A stretch of 64,000 nucleotides of DNA from Planctomycetota bacterium. GTDB taxonomy: Bacteria; Planctomycetota; GCA-002687715; CAIWVZ01. Shown one piece after another: positions 41,167 to 51,137 of this stretch (the first letter of the stretch is position 1; each line of letters opens with the position of its first letter). Position numbers and translations under genes: made by a program. A model generated the notes under the pieces. It saw only the letters and a list, made by a program, of their open reading frames with translations. It made no database searches and was not told the DNA's origin. The DNA lies in contig JBGANV010000004.1 of the NCBI GenBank assembly GCA_044222185.1, forward strand, positions 320,001-384,000, written 5' to 3'.

Positions 41167-41217
41167 ATGCGATTCCGTGTGACTCACACCATCGCGACGA
41201 GCCTCGGGCGCGACTGA
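41167..41217 (+). CDS. Putative leader peptide MRFRVTHTIATSLGRD
   Basis: Strong GGGAGG SD (41156-41161) 5 nt before the ATG; 16 codons; lies in the 5' leader of the rbfA-like gene. Confidence 0.5.
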   Translation: MRFRVTHTIATSLGRD

Positions 41218-41304
41218 TCGACATCCGCCGCACCGGGCTCTCGCCGTTCTTGGGCGAAATTCCAAGTCTCTGACGCGCTGATCGCGTCCCCGGAGAGAGT
41301 CCAC

Positions 41305-41709
41305 GTGAATCGAAAGTCCCGATGGGGGAAGGATCCGTCCCCCGGGCCCGACGACGGGCCGTCCCAGGATCCGCTCGTATCCAAGTTCTTCCATCCCGCG
41401 CCGAAGGCCGCCTTCGAGCGCAAGGCTCGCCAGCTTTGCGAGGAAGTCCGTCGCACCCTGGAGTTCGCGCTCGATTGGGAGTGTGACGACGACCTGCTCG
41501 CCGAGCTTTGGATCGCCGCCGTCGATCCGGCCCCCGACGCCTCACGCTTGCGCGTGTCGATCGAGATTCCGCCCGGCCGCGATCCCGTGGCCGTGCTCGA
41601 ACGCCTCGATCGCATGCGGCCGCGTCTGCGGGCGGAGGTCGCGAGAGCCGTGACGCGCAAGCGCGCGCCCGACTTCTTCTTCGCCGTGGGAAGCGGAGGT
41701 GACGCATGA
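41305..41709 (+). CDS. RbfA-like (ribosome-binding factor A paralog, KH fold)
   Basis: RKARQLCEEVRRTL...D.LL..LWIAAVDPAPDASRLRVSI...LRAEVARAVTRKRAPDFFF follows the RbfA pattern; not in the infB-truB context. Confidence 0.75.
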   Translation: MNRKSRWGKDPSPGPDDGPSQDPLVSKFFHPAPKAAFERKARQLCEEVRRTLEFALDWECDDDLLAELWIAAVDPAPDASRLRVSIEIPPGRDPVAVLERLDRMRPRLRAEVARAVTRKRAPDFFFAVGSGGDA

Positions 41710-42848
41710 CTGCGCCGCACGGAGCGAACGTGCGCGTGTGGGCGGCTCATCGCCTCGCAGCGGACGTGCGCGGCATGATCGACCGCGTCGCCGCGTCGGC
41801 AGACGTCGTTCACGTCGCGGTGATGCCCGACGTCCACCTCGCCGAGGAGGTGTGCGTCGGGTGCGTCGTCGCCACCACGAACACGCTGTACCCGCAGGCC
41901 GTCGGCGGCGACATCGGGTGCGGCATGGCGGCGATGGCGCTCGAGGCGTCCGCCGACGACGTCGACGAGGTCCGCGCCGCGCGGATCCTCGACCGATGGG
42001 GCGCCGAGATCCCCGCGATCCGGCGTGCTCGCGCGAATCACGTCGCCATCCCCGACTCCGTGCTCGCGATGCCGCTCAGTCGTAGTGGCCTCGAGACGTG
42101 CCGAGACCGCGACGGCACCGTCGAGTTCGCCACGCTCGGGCGCGGGAACCACTTCATCGAGTTGCAGGCGGGCGACGACGATCGGCTCTGGCTGATGGTT
42201 CACAGTGGCTCACGGGCGATCGGGCCCGAGGTCCGCAATCATCACCTCTGGATCGCGCGCGCCGCAGGTGCGGCGGCGTACCTCGCAGGGCTCGGTGCGG
42301 ACCGCGACGACGGCCGTGACTATCTGGCCGACGTAGCCTTCGCCATCGCCTACGCGGAGGCGAGCCGGCGAGCCATGCTCGCGCGCGCCGCCGCGAGCGT
42401 CGCGGACGTCCTGCGATGCGCGATCGACGAGGCCTCGGTGATCACCTGCGTCCACAACTCCGTGCGGCGCGAGGTCCACGACGGACGCGCGTCGTGGGTG
42501 CATCGCAAGGGCGCTGCGCCCGCGGCCCACGGCGAGCCGGGCATCATCCCGGGATCCATGGGCGCCGAGAGCTTTCACGTCGTCGGACGTGGATGCTCGG
42601 CTGCGCTCGCCTCCAGTTCGCACGGAGCGGGCCGCGTGATGGCACGCGGCGACGCTCGCCGTCTCATCTCGCGTCGGCGACTCGAGCGCGAGATGGAGGG
42701 CGTGTGGTTCGACCATCGCCTCGCCGCGCGTCTCGTGGATGAAGCGCCCTCGGCCTACAAGGACATCGGCGAAGTGATGCGCGCACAGGCCGACCTCGTG
42801 CGCATCGAGCGGCGGCTGCGACCGCTCATCAGCTACAAGGGCGCGTGA
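41706..42848 (+). CDS. rtcB: RtcB family RNA 3'-phosphate/5'-OH ligase
   Basis: MPDVH, GDIGCG, GRGNHFIE, VHSGSR, HN, HRKGA, PGSMG, SHGAGR, EAPSAYK; ATGA overlap with the upstream gene. Confidence 0.95.
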   Translation: MTAPHGANVRVWAAHRLAADVRGMIDRVAASADVVHVAVMPDVHLAEEVCVGCVVATTNTLYPQAVGGDIGCGMAAMALEASADDVDEVRAARILDRWGAEIPAIRRARANHVAIPDSVLAMPLSRSGLETCRDRDGTVEFATLGRGNHFIELQAGDDDRLWLMVHSGSRAIGPEVRNHHLWIARAAGAAAYLAGLGADRDDGRDYLADVAFAIAYAEASRRAMLARAAASVADVLRCAIDEASVITCVHNSVRREVHDGRASWVHRKGAAPAAHGEPGIIPGSMGAESFHVVGRGCSAALASSSHGAGRVMARGDARRLISRRRLEREMEGVWFDHRLAARLVDEAPSAYKDIGEVMRAQADLVRIERRLRPLISYKGA

Positions 42849-42906
42849 CGGGCCGTTGCTCCCCGATCGCCGCAGGCAGGTCGCGGCCCCGCAACGACTT
42901 GCGCCG

Positions 42907-42926
42907 TCCTTGACATCCGTCAAGGA
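42907..42926. promoter_or_regulatory. Crp/Fnr-type box upstream of NO reductase
   Basis: TCCTTGAC-ATCC-GTCAAGGA, a perfect 8-bp inverted repeat (TTGAC-N4-GTCAA). Confidence 0.8.
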
Positions 42927-43004
42927 GCGGCGCGCCGCGCTTTCCGATGATCCTGCCGAACGCCGCGCGCGCTCGTGCCAGCGGCCTGGAAAGCGAGGTT
43001 CGTC

Positions 43005-45359
43005 ATGTCGGTGCTGTCGAAGTTCACGATCGGGCGAGTCCTGGTCTTCACGGTGGTCGTCGGGTTCTCGGTGCTGCTCTTCGGTGGGTGGCAGCTCTTC
43101 CGCAACCGGGCGCCGATCCCGGGCCGGGTCACGAGCGAAGCCGGCGAGGTCGTGTTCACCCACGATCAGATCCTGGGCGGCCAGGCCGTCTACCAGAAGT
43201 ACGGACTCATGGACTGGGGCTCGGTCCTCGGACACGGCACGTACTTCGGGCCGGACTTCACCGCCGAACTCCTCCACAAGCGCGTGGAGCTCCTGCGCGC
43301 GGCCGAGGCGACGGCGCGCGGCGGCAAGGCCTACTCTGATCTGGATGCGAGCGCGCGTGCGGCCATCGACGCCGCCGTGAAGGCGCAGATCAAGCTCAAC
43401 CGCTACGACGAAGCTCGTGACACGCTTATCCTCGCACCGAGCGACGTGACCGCGTTCCGCACGATCGAGGCGGACGTCCGGCGCCGCTTCACGCAAGGCG
43501 AACCGGGTCGCGCCATGCCCGCGGGAGTGGTGAGCGAATCCCACATGCCCGCCGAGCGCGCGTGGGTCGCGAGCGGTGATCAGATCCACCAGCTCGCCTC
43601 GTTCTTCTGGTGGACGTCGTGGATCGCGGGCACGAAGCGCCCCGACCGTGACTCCACCTACACGAACAACTGGCCTTTCGACGAGGACGCGGGCAACACG
43701 CTCTCGGCCGGCGCCATCACGTGGAGCGGAGTCTCGGTGGCGGGCTTGCTCCTCCTCCTGCCCATCGTCCTGCTCGTGTGGTTCCGTGGCCGCTACATGA
43801 TGGAGGACGCGTATCCGGAAGGGCAGTTCCCGCGGCAGGAACTCTCGTGGCTGCCGGTCTTCCCGAGCCAGCGCAAGACGATCAAGTACTTCGTGACCGC
43901 GGGCGCGCTCTTCCTCGTGCAGACGCTGCTCGGCGCCTACATGGCGCACTACTACGTGGAGGATGGTTTCTACGGCGTCGACCTCTCGAGCATCCTGCCG
44001 TTCAACGTGGCGAAGACGTGGCACCTCCAGCTCGCCATCTTCTGGATCGCGACGGCCTGGCTCGGCATGGGCATCTACGTGGCGCCGCTGATCGGCGGCC
44101 GCGAGCCGAAGAAGCAGGGACTCCTCGTCGATCTGCTCTATGGCGCGCTCGTGTTCGTCGCCGTGGGCTCGCTCGCCGGTGAGTGGCTCGGCGTGAAGGG
44201 CCGCCTCGGCAATGCGTGGTGGTGGCTTGGACACTCGGGTTGGGAACTCGTGGAGCTGGGCAAGGTGTGGCAGATCCTCCTCGCCGTCGGCTTCGGCCTG
44301 TGGCTCGCGATCATCTGGCGCGGCGTCCGCGCGGCGATCCAGGGCAACAACGACCGGCCGGGCCTGGTCAAGCTGTTCATGGTGAGCGCCGTCGCGATCC
44401 CGTCCATGTTCGCGGCGAGCTTCCTCATCACGCCGGGCAGCCACCTGACCATGGCGGACTACTGGCGTTGGTGGGTGATCCACCTGTGGGTCGAAGGCAT
44501 GTTCGAAGTGTTCGCCGTCGTCGCCCTGGGGCTCATCATGGTCCACATGGGACTCGTCACCGCATCGTCGACCGCGCGTGCGCTCAAGTTCCAGCTCACG
44601 CTGCTCCTCGGCAGCGGGATCGTCGGCATCGGACACCACTACTACTGGATCGGAACGAACGACTTCTGGGTCGCCATGGGAAGCGTGTTCAGCGCCCTCG
44701 AGGTGGTGCCGCTGACGCTGCTCGCCGTGGAGGCGGCCGAACAGTGGATGGTGATCAAGCGCGGCGGGCGTGAGTTCCCGTACAAGCACGCGTTCGGGTT
44801 CCTCGTCGCCGTGGCGTTCTGGAATCTCTTCGGCGCCGGCGTGCTCGGGTTCTTCATCAACCTGCCCGTCGTCAACTACTTCGAGCACGGATCGATGCTG
44901 ACGGCCAATCACGGCCACGGCGCGACGATGGGCGTCTTCGGCATGCTGGCGATCGCGCTCGCGCTGTGGTGCTCGCGCAACGTCGTGAAGGAGGATCGCT
45001 GGACGAACCGGCTGTTCACCACGAGCCTGTGGGGCCTCAACATCGGCCTCTTCGGCATGGTGGTGATGACGCTCACGCCGGTCGGCGTGATGCAGATGCT
45101 CGAGTCGATCCGCCACGGGTTCTGGTCGGCGCGCACGCTGGAGTTCTACCGGCAGGACACCGTGAACACGCTCTTGTGGCTGCGCATGATCCCCGACTCG
45201 ATCTTCATCGGCTTCGGCGTGATCCCGCTCCTGATCGGGCTCGTGCGCGGGCTCCTGAACCTCCGCCCCGCGACGCCCATCGAGTCCGAGATCGATCGCC
45301 GCGTGCGGCGCATCGGCGTGACCGAACCCGAAGTCGAGCTCGTCGGCCAGACTCGCTGA
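43005..45359 (+). CDS. norB: Quinol-dependent nitric oxide reductase (qNOR)
   Basis: GSVLGHGTYFGPDFTA, YTNNWP, HLQLAIFWIATAW, WWVIHLWVEGMFEVF, GIGHHYYWIG, FSALEVVPL, NHGHGA. Confidence 0.95.
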   Translation: MSVLSKFTIGRVLVFTVVVGFSVLLFGGWQLFRNRAPIPGRVTSEAGEVVFTHDQILGGQAVYQKYGLMDWGSVLGHGTYFGPDFTAELLHKRVELLRAAEATARGGKAYSDLDASARAAIDAAVKAQIKLNRYDEARDTLILAPSDVTAFRTIEADVRRRFTQGEPGRAMPAGVVSESHMPAERAWVASGDQIHQLASFFWWTSWIAGTKRPDRDSTYTNNWPFDEDAGNTLSAGAITWSGVSVAGLLLLLPIVLLVWFRGRYMMEDAYPEGQFPRQELSWLPVFPSQRKTIKYFVTAGALFLVQTLLGAYMAHYYVEDGFYGVDLSSILPFNVAKTWHLQLAIFWIATAWLGMGIYVAPLIGGREPKKQGLLVDLLYGALVFVAVGSLAGEWLGVKGRLGNAWWWLGHSGWELVELGKVWQILLAVGFGLWLAIIWRGVRAAIQGNNDRPGLVKLFMVSAVAIPSMFAASFLITPGSHLTMADYWRWWVIHLWVEGMFEVFAVVALGLIMVHMGLVTASSTARALKFQLTLLLGSGIVGIGHHYYWIGTNDFWVAMGSVFSALEVVPLTLLAVEAAEQWMVIKRGGREFPYKHAFGFLVAVAFWNLFGAGVLGFFINLPVVNYFEHGSMLTANHGHGATMGVFGMLAIALALWCSRNVVKEDRWTNRLFTTSLWGLNIGLFGMVVMTLTPVGVMQMLESIRHGFWSARTLEFYRQDTVNTLLWLRMIPDSIFIGFGVIPLLIGLVRGLLNLRPATPIESEIDRRVRRIGVTEPEVELVGQTR

Positions 45360-45374
45360 CGGACGCGCCGCGCG

Positions 45375-47633
45375 TCAGCGCTTGCGACTCTCCGCGCCTT
45401 GCGTGTCGCCACGCAGGGCGCGGTTCACTTGGGCGAGCAGCTCATCGGCGCGAGACACGGGCTCGAAGCAGAGCGTGTCGATGCAGACGGTGGCGCGGAC
45501 GCGGTCGGTGGGGACATCGTCCCGCGTCAACACGACGTGGGGTGAGTAGCCGACCGTGATCGGGGCCCGCAGCAATCGCGCGACGGCGATGGGGCCCCCG
45601 AGTGCCACGCGCGCCACGGGCCGGGCCACGAGGTCCCAGGCGATGAGGCCGTACGTGGAATCCACGGGTGACTTCGCCACGTCGACCGACACGGCGTCGA
45701 GCGCGCGACGGGCCGCATCGAGATCCGCCGGCTCGCCGCTGATGCGCGCCAGCCGGGCGAGGGCCACGTTCATCTGCGAGATCCCCGAAGGCCATGCTCC
45801 GTCGTGGACTTCGCGCGTGCGGAAGATGAGGTCGGGCTCGACCGAGTCGAAGAACCCGCCGTCCGACGCGCCGAACCGTGCCCGCGTCGCCGTCGTGAGG
45901 CTTCGCGCTCGCTCGAGCCAGCCCGGATCGAGCGTGAGTTCGTGGAGGTCGAGGAACGCCTCGATCATCGCCGCCTGATCACTCAGCTCGCCCGCGGGGC
46001 TGGCATCGCCGACCGAGAGCCGACGCGCGTAGAGACCGTCCGACCGCAGCGATTTCGACGTCAGCACGCGGACGATCTCGACGGCCGCGTCGCGATAGCG
46101 GACGTCGTTCAGTGCAAGCGACGCGCGCGCGAGCGCGGACGCGAACCATGCGTTCCACCCCGTGATCACGTGATCGACCCGCGCCGGTTGCGGGCGCACG
46201 CGTCGGGCCGCGAGGAGCTTCCCGCGGGCTTCGCGGAGCGCGCTCTCGACGGCGTCGAGCCCGAGGCCCAGGGTCTTCGCGACTTCGGCGGGCGCTCGGC
46301 GCTCCGCGATCGTCTCCTCACCCGATCCCGCGGGCGGGCGATCGAACCCGGCCCAGCTCGTGAACGCCGCGAGTTCGGTGCCCGACAAGACGGCCGCGAC
46401 CTGCTCGCGCGTCCACAAGTACGTTGCGCCCTCGACTCCGTCCGTCGTCGCGTCGAACGCCGCGATGAATCCACCACTGGCCGCGCGCATGTCGCGCAGG
46501 GTGAAATCCAGCACCTCGCGCGCCAGGGATGTGTACGTTTCGTCGCCAGTCGCCTGCGACAGCTCGATCAGGACGCGGGCGTTCAGCGCCTGGTCGTAGA
46601 GCATCTTCTCGAAATGCGGCACCTGCCAGGCGCGGTCGGTCGAATAGCGGTGAAAGCCGCCGGCCAGATGATCGCGGATGCCTCCGCGCGCCATGGCGTC
46701 GTATTGGTGCCGGACGGCGTCGAGTGGGGCGCTCACGTCGCGAGATCTGGCCCACTGACGCAACAGGAGGAGCGACAGGGTCGGCGACGGGAACTTGGGG
46801 GCGAGTCCGAACCCGCCCTTTTCGTCCTCGAGATCCTTCAGGCGATCGGCCGCGACGCGCATGGGGTCGGAGGGCCGCGACGTCGTCTCCCTGCGCTCGC
46901 CCCAGACCCCCAGGACTTCCAGTGCGCGGCGCTGTTCTGGATCGAGCTGGTCGAGCGGACGCGACGGCTTGCTTGCGGCCGCGCCCGGCACGGCCTTGGC
47001 GCGGGCGTCGAGCTCATCGAACGGGAGGTTGGCGAGCGTCATCACGCGCGCCAGCCCGTCGGCTGCGTCGGTCAACGTCTGCCGCTTTTCCTTCCACGCT
47101 TCTGCGACTGAATGGACGAGCGTGCGGAAGCCGCGTTGGTTCGGTCCGTCATCGGGCGGGAAATAGGTCCCCGCAAAGAACGGCTTGCGGTCCGGTGTCA
47201 GGAAGAGGTTCAGCGGCCAGCCGCCCTCGCCGATGGCGCGCACGGCCGCTTGCATGTAGACGCGGTCGACGTCGGGGCGCTCCTCGCGATCGACCTTGAT
47301 CGAGACGAACGACGCGTTCAGCTCGGCGGCGATCGCAACGTCCTCGAACGACTCCCGCTCCATCACGTGGCACCAATGGCAGGACGCGTACCCGATGGAG
47401 AGGAAGATCGGCTTCTGCTCGCGGACGGCACGGGCGAAGGCCTCTTCGCCCCACGGGTACCAGTTCACCGGGTTGTGACCGTGCTGGCGAAGGTAAGGGC
47501 TCGCTTCCTTCGCGAGACGGTTCTCGTAGGCCGGCCGGGTCGATGTCGGGGTCGACTCCTGCGCTGCGCCGATCGTCGCGAGGGCGATCGAAACGATCGC
47601 AACCAGACTGCGCCGCTCAACTCCGCGGCGCAA
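45375..47633 (-). CDS. YyaL/SSP411-family thioredoxin domain-containing protein (DUF255)
   Basis: [53 protein letters not shown]; N-terminal signal peptide. Confidence 0.93.
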   Translation of the reverse strand: MRRGVERRSLVAIVSIALATIGAAQESTPTSTRPAYENRLAKEASPYLRQHGHNPVNWYPWGEEAFARAVREQKPIFLSIGYASCHWCHVMERESFEDVAIAAELNASFVSIKVDREERPDVDRVYMQAAVRAIGEGGWPLNLFLTPDRKPFFAGTYFPPDDGPNQRGFRTLVHSVAEAWKEKRQTLTDAADGLARVMTLANLPFDELDARAKAVPGAAASKPSRPLDQLDPEQRRALEVLGVWGERRETTSRPSDPMRVAADRLKDLEDEKGGFGLAPKFPSPTLSLLLLRQWARSRDVSAPLDAVRHQYDAMARGGIRDHLAGGFHRYSTDRAWQVPHFEKMLYDQALNARVLIELSQATGDETYTSLAREVLDFTLRDMRAASGGFIAAFDATTDGVEGATYLWTREQVAAVLSGTELAAFTSWAGFDRPPAGSGEETIAERRAPAEVAKTLGLGLDAVESALREARGKLLAARRVRPQPARVDHVITGWNAWFASALARASLALNDVRYRDAAVEIVRVLTSKSLRSDGLYARRLSVGDASPAGELSDQAAMIEAFLDLHELTLDPGWLERARSLTTATRARFGASDGGFFDSVEPDLIFRTREVHDGAWPSGISQMNVALARLARISGEPADLDAARRALDAVSVDVAKSPVDSTYGLIAWDLVARPVARVALGGPIAVARLLRAPITVGYSPHVVLTRDDVPTDRVRATVCIDTLCFEPVSRADELLAQVNRALRGDTQGAESRKR

Positions 47634-48168
47634 TGAACGCCTCGCGGTAGTACCGAAGCTCGGCGACGGACTCGCGAATGTCAGCCAGGGCGTCGTGCAG
47701 GTTCTTCTTCGGCGGCGGCGAGTACTTGTCCGGGTACCAGCGCTTCAACACTTCCTTGAACGAGCTCACGTCCACGTTGCGGTAGTGGACGAAGTCGTGG
47801 AGCTTCCGCATGCCGTGCCAGAGGAAGATGCGGTCGTTCCAGATGGAGTTGCCGCAGAGCGGCGCGTTCTGGGGAAGCACGTGCTGCTTCAGGAACTCCA
47901 GCGTGAGGCGCTCGGCGTCGGCGCGCGAGGTGGTGGACTGGCGGACCCGGTCTATCAACCCCGACTTCGTGAACGTGTCGCGCGACCAGTCGGAGAGCGT
48001 CAACAGCTCGTCCTCCGTCGCGTGGCAGACGAAGCTCGGGCCTTCGGCGACCAGTTCCAACTCGCCGGTGGTGACGATCGTGGCGATTTCGATGATCTGG
48101 CAGCGCGTGGGATCGAGTCCGGTCATCTCCAGATCGACCCAGACGAGTCTGTCGGCATTCGCGGGCAT
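47617..48168 (-). CDS. orn: Oligoribonuclease
   Basis: [45 protein letters not shown]. Confidence 0.96.
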   Translation of the reverse strand: MPANADRLVWVDLEMTGLDPTRCQIIEIATIVTTGELELVAEGPSFVCHATEDELLTLSDWSRDTFTKSGLIDRVRQSTTSRADAERLTLEFLKQHVLPQNAPLCGNSIWNDRIFLWHGMRKLHDFVHYRNVDVSSFKEVLKRWYPDKYSPPPKKNLHDALADIRESVAELRYYREAFIAPRS

Positions 48169-48235
48169 GGAGCCTCCGTCCGTGAGACGGAGCATAGACG
48201 CATGCCAGTCCACCCGAAAGGCGGAGACGGTCGGG

Positions 48236-49480
48236 CTACTTCGAGAGGACCCACTCCCGCCAGCCTGCCTCGAGCGTCACGAGGTCGACGTTCCAGGTGT
48301 CTCGCACGGCGAGCGAAAGTGCCTTCGTCCGCGAGGATCTCGGGAGCGATGAAGCCAGTTCGTCGACGAAGAGCGCGAACTTCGCCGGGTCGAGCGCGAT
48401 CAGATAGCGCACGAGGCTCGCGGCTTCGGCCCTTGGGAGCGGACCGATGGCGCGGATCGGCATGAGGCTGAGGGCCGCGATCGATGCCCCCTTGCCCGCA
48501 TTCACCCGCTCGAACGCCGCCTTCGTCGCGTCGACGAGCGGTTCCTGTCCCGGCCTGAACGTCGAAGGCTCCAGCGCGAACGCGCGGAGGTCCCGAGCCT
48601 GGATCACGTCCGCGAGTCCCACCTCGAGCCATGGGGGCAGCACCGAGTCCTCCGAGCCAGCCAGCCCTCGCATGAGCTGGAGCGCGGCGCTCCAGTCGAA
48701 CCGACGGCGCTGCGCGGCGGTGTCGTCCTCCGAAAGCGTCAACGTCGCCATCGGTCCGTGATCGAAAAGCCCGCCGCCGAGCGCCCAAGTGTCGGGCGGG
48801 AGTCCCTGCCCGGCGAACGCGGCGGCGGCCACGTCCGTCGAGAAGAGAAATAGTTGGGCGCTCAGCGGCGTGCGAATGCTGTCGGTGCGGAGCGGGTCGG
48901 CGGCCCAGCCGCGCCCGTTCGCGTCGAGGAGTGCCGCGAGGGCGGCCTCGACTTGCAAGAGACGTTCAGCCCAGACGTGCGCGACCTGATGGGCGGTCAG
49001 CGCAGTGCACTGGGGTGGGAAACCCGGAAACACCACCCGAAGGCGTTCCACTTCGGCTTGCGTGAGGTCCGTGACCTTCGCCTTCGGAACGCAGACGACG
49101 AGACTCGCGTGATGCGTGTCGATCACGATCGGGTCCACGCCGGAGATCGCCTTGAGCCACGGCATCACGCTTCGAGGGTCGCGTCCCAGGATCTGCCGCG
49201 TGGTCCACGCGGTCTGCTGCGGCCGGGCGGCCTGCTGCCTCGCCTGGATGCAGGTCCGACAGGCGCTCGCGAGTGCGACGTACGGTTCCGTGGGGCCATG
49301 CCGCGACGGCGGCGGAGGCGCATTGACCCACGACATGCCCGTGGCGGCAGTCTGCGGCCTGACGCGGAGCGAGTCAGGCACTGCCACGGACGCGGTCGTC
49401 GTCCCGTGTTGCGCGTGGGCCGCTCCCTGGAGCACGAGGCCCATGATGATTGCGCACAGACTGAGTTTCAGACGAGTCAT
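48236..49480 (-). CDS. Secreted hypothetical protein B' (paralog of 4616..5818)
   Basis: Signal peptide AHA; CRTC, LGRDP..VMPWL, HQVAHVWAERL, RRRF, WLEVGLA, DPAKF, LEAGW. Confidence 0.8.
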   Translation of the reverse strand: MTRLKLSLCAIIMGLVLQGAAHAQHGTTTASVAVPDSLRVRPQTAATGMSWVNAPPPPSRHGPTEPYVALASACRTCIQARQQAARPQQTAWTTRQILGRDPRSVMPWLKAISGVDPIVIDTHHASLVVCVPKAKVTDLTQAEVERLRVVFPGFPPQCTALTAHQVAHVWAERLLQVEAALAALLDANGRGWAADPLRTDSIRTPLSAQLFLFSTDVAAAAFAGQGLPPDTWALGGGLFDHGPMATLTLSEDDTAAQRRRFDWSAALQLMRGLAGSEDSVLPPWLEVGLADVIQARDLRAFALEPSTFRPGQEPLVDATKAAFERVNAGKGASIAALSLMPIRAIGPLPRAEAASLVRYLIALDPAKFALFVDELASSLPRSSRTKALSLAVRDTWNVDLVTLEAGWREWVLSK

Positions 49481-49675
49481 GGAATTCGATCGAGGAAGCA
49501 GCCTTGCCACCCCAAGTCGCCGCGCGGTTCCGACATCGTCGACCGACGACGGTCGCGCGGCGATACGTGCAATCCTCCCGACCGGCGCCGGCCCTTCCTG
49601 TCCATTGCCCTGGAGTTCAGATGTGCCTGAAATCACCTGCGCAACGCCGGCCGAAGAGGACCTCACGGTTTTCGA

Positions 49676-50647
49676 TCACTTCGTAGCGGGCATTCGGAGA
49701 GCGGCGATCGAGTTGTCGCAGGCATCCCCGCGAACCTTCAACTTGCCGAGTTCCTCGACGATGTCCTCACGCTCGTGGCCGCAGTCCGGGCACACGACTC
49801 CGCCTTCGATCTGCTTCGCGCGATGGTCGACGTAGGCCTTCGACTTCAGGAGCGCGTCCATCTGCGGAGCCTTCTCCGCCAGATTGACCTTCATCTCCTT
49901 CCCGTACGCGATCTCGAGCGTGTCGTAGGCGCCGTTGAACTTCCGCTGGCCTGCGATCTGGGCCATCTCGGCGCCGTCGCGTCCGAAGACGTAGAGGCGC
50001 GCGTCACCGGCCTTCGTTCCGGTCGCATCGACCTTGAAGCAGTTGAAGAAGTTCGCGGCCGTCTTGAAGCGCGAGTCGCTCTCGAGTGCCGAGAGGAGCC
50101 GCTTGTGGTCCGCGTTGCCGGAATCGAAGACGATGACGATCGACGGGCGATCGTCACGCGCCCAGCCGCCCTGGGCCTGCGGCAGTTTCACGCCGTCCGC
50201 GATCGTACCGACGGACGAGCCGTACCCCTCGCGTTGCACGACTGGGAGGAACACGCTCTTCCACGGGATCGTGACCTTCTCGTCCCACATGGACAGCATG
50301 CCCTTGGACTTGCCCGGCGTCGCCATTCCGCCCGTCGTGCGGCCTGCGGCCCCATGCGGAGCGGCCGCCGTCGCGCCCGGAGTGAAAGTCGTTGGCGCAC
50401 CCGTGGTGCCGCCAGTGGCATTTCCACCGCCGGTCGTCGTGCCCGTGACCGCGCCACCCGTGGGGCCATTGAACTCGGGAGTCGGGGCCCCGCCGACGGG
50501 CGTCTGAGTCGGGTTTCCGCCACCCATGGCCGGCGGCGGCGGTGGTGGCGGTGGCGGCGGCGACCAGCCGTGAGCCAGAACCGGGGCTGCGATGACGGCT
50601 GCAACCAGCAGCCGGCGCAGAGTGGTCGAGAACGTGTCGGGTGTCAT
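49676..50647 (-). CDS. Secreted hypothetical protein A' (paralog of 3583..4551)
   Basis: Signal peptide, Pro10 run, Gly/Thr linker, FLPV..R.GY, GGWARD.RP, CFKVD, AGQRK, CPDCGHER; AAGGAG RBS. Confidence 0.85.
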   Translation of the reverse strand: MTPDTFSTTLRRLLVAAVIAAPVLAHGWSPPPPPPPPPPAMGGGNPTQTPVGGAPTPEFNGPTGGAVTGTTTGGGNATGGTTGAPTTFTPGATAAAPHGAAGRTTGGMATPGKSKGMLSMWDEKVTIPWKSVFLPVVQREGYGSSVGTIADGVKLPQAQGGWARDDRPSIVIVFDSGNADHKRLLSALESDSRFKTAANFFNCFKVDATGTKAGDARLYVFGRDGAEMAQIAGQRKFNGAYDTLEIAYGKEMKVNLAEKAPQMDALLKSKAYVDHRAKQIEGGVVCPDCGHEREDIVEELGKLKVRGDACDNSIAALRMPATK

Positions 50648-50909
50648 GAACTTCTCCTTCGCGAACTTCGTGGAGCCCTGGGCTCCCCAGAAGACAGGCC
50701 GGGCGGCAGGCATTGCTGAACACACCGTTGCGTGGGGCGGACGGTCCGACGTGGTCCCGACTCTCATTTCGGCGGCGCGTCGCCGCGAAACGTGACTCGC
50801 ACCCGTCGCGATCGTCTTCTGACTCGGTTCCATGAAGAACGGGTCCGTCCGCACGCATCGGAGCCCGTCGCTTGGCAGGCATCGGCGCCTCCGATGAAAG
50901 TTCGGCGTT

Positions 50910-50925
50910 TGCAAATGCGATGCCG
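50910..50925 (-). promoter_or_regulatory. Putative sigma54 (-24/-12) promoter
   Basis: Minus strand CGGCATCgcatTTGCA, with the same arms as 3507..3522. Confidence 0.6.
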
Positions 50926-51137
50926 GATCAACGCGCGCTCGGCGCGATTCGTTGCGCGTGCCTGATTTCGCGGCGAACGACCTCCGAACGCTATGCCGAC
51001 GTGGAACTCGGGTGGTCGCTCGCACCGCGCTTTTTCGCGGAAATCGCGTGATTTCGCACGGTTTTTGAGCGGGCGCGCACGGCCCGTCACCGTCGCGCGC
51101 GTCGTCGCAGGCGGAACGGCGTGCCATGATCGCCGCC

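Noticed and set aside
43005-45359. NO dismutase (Nod) instead of qNOR
   Set aside because: The canonical HLWVEGxFE, GxGHH and quinol-site HLQ residues are all retained.
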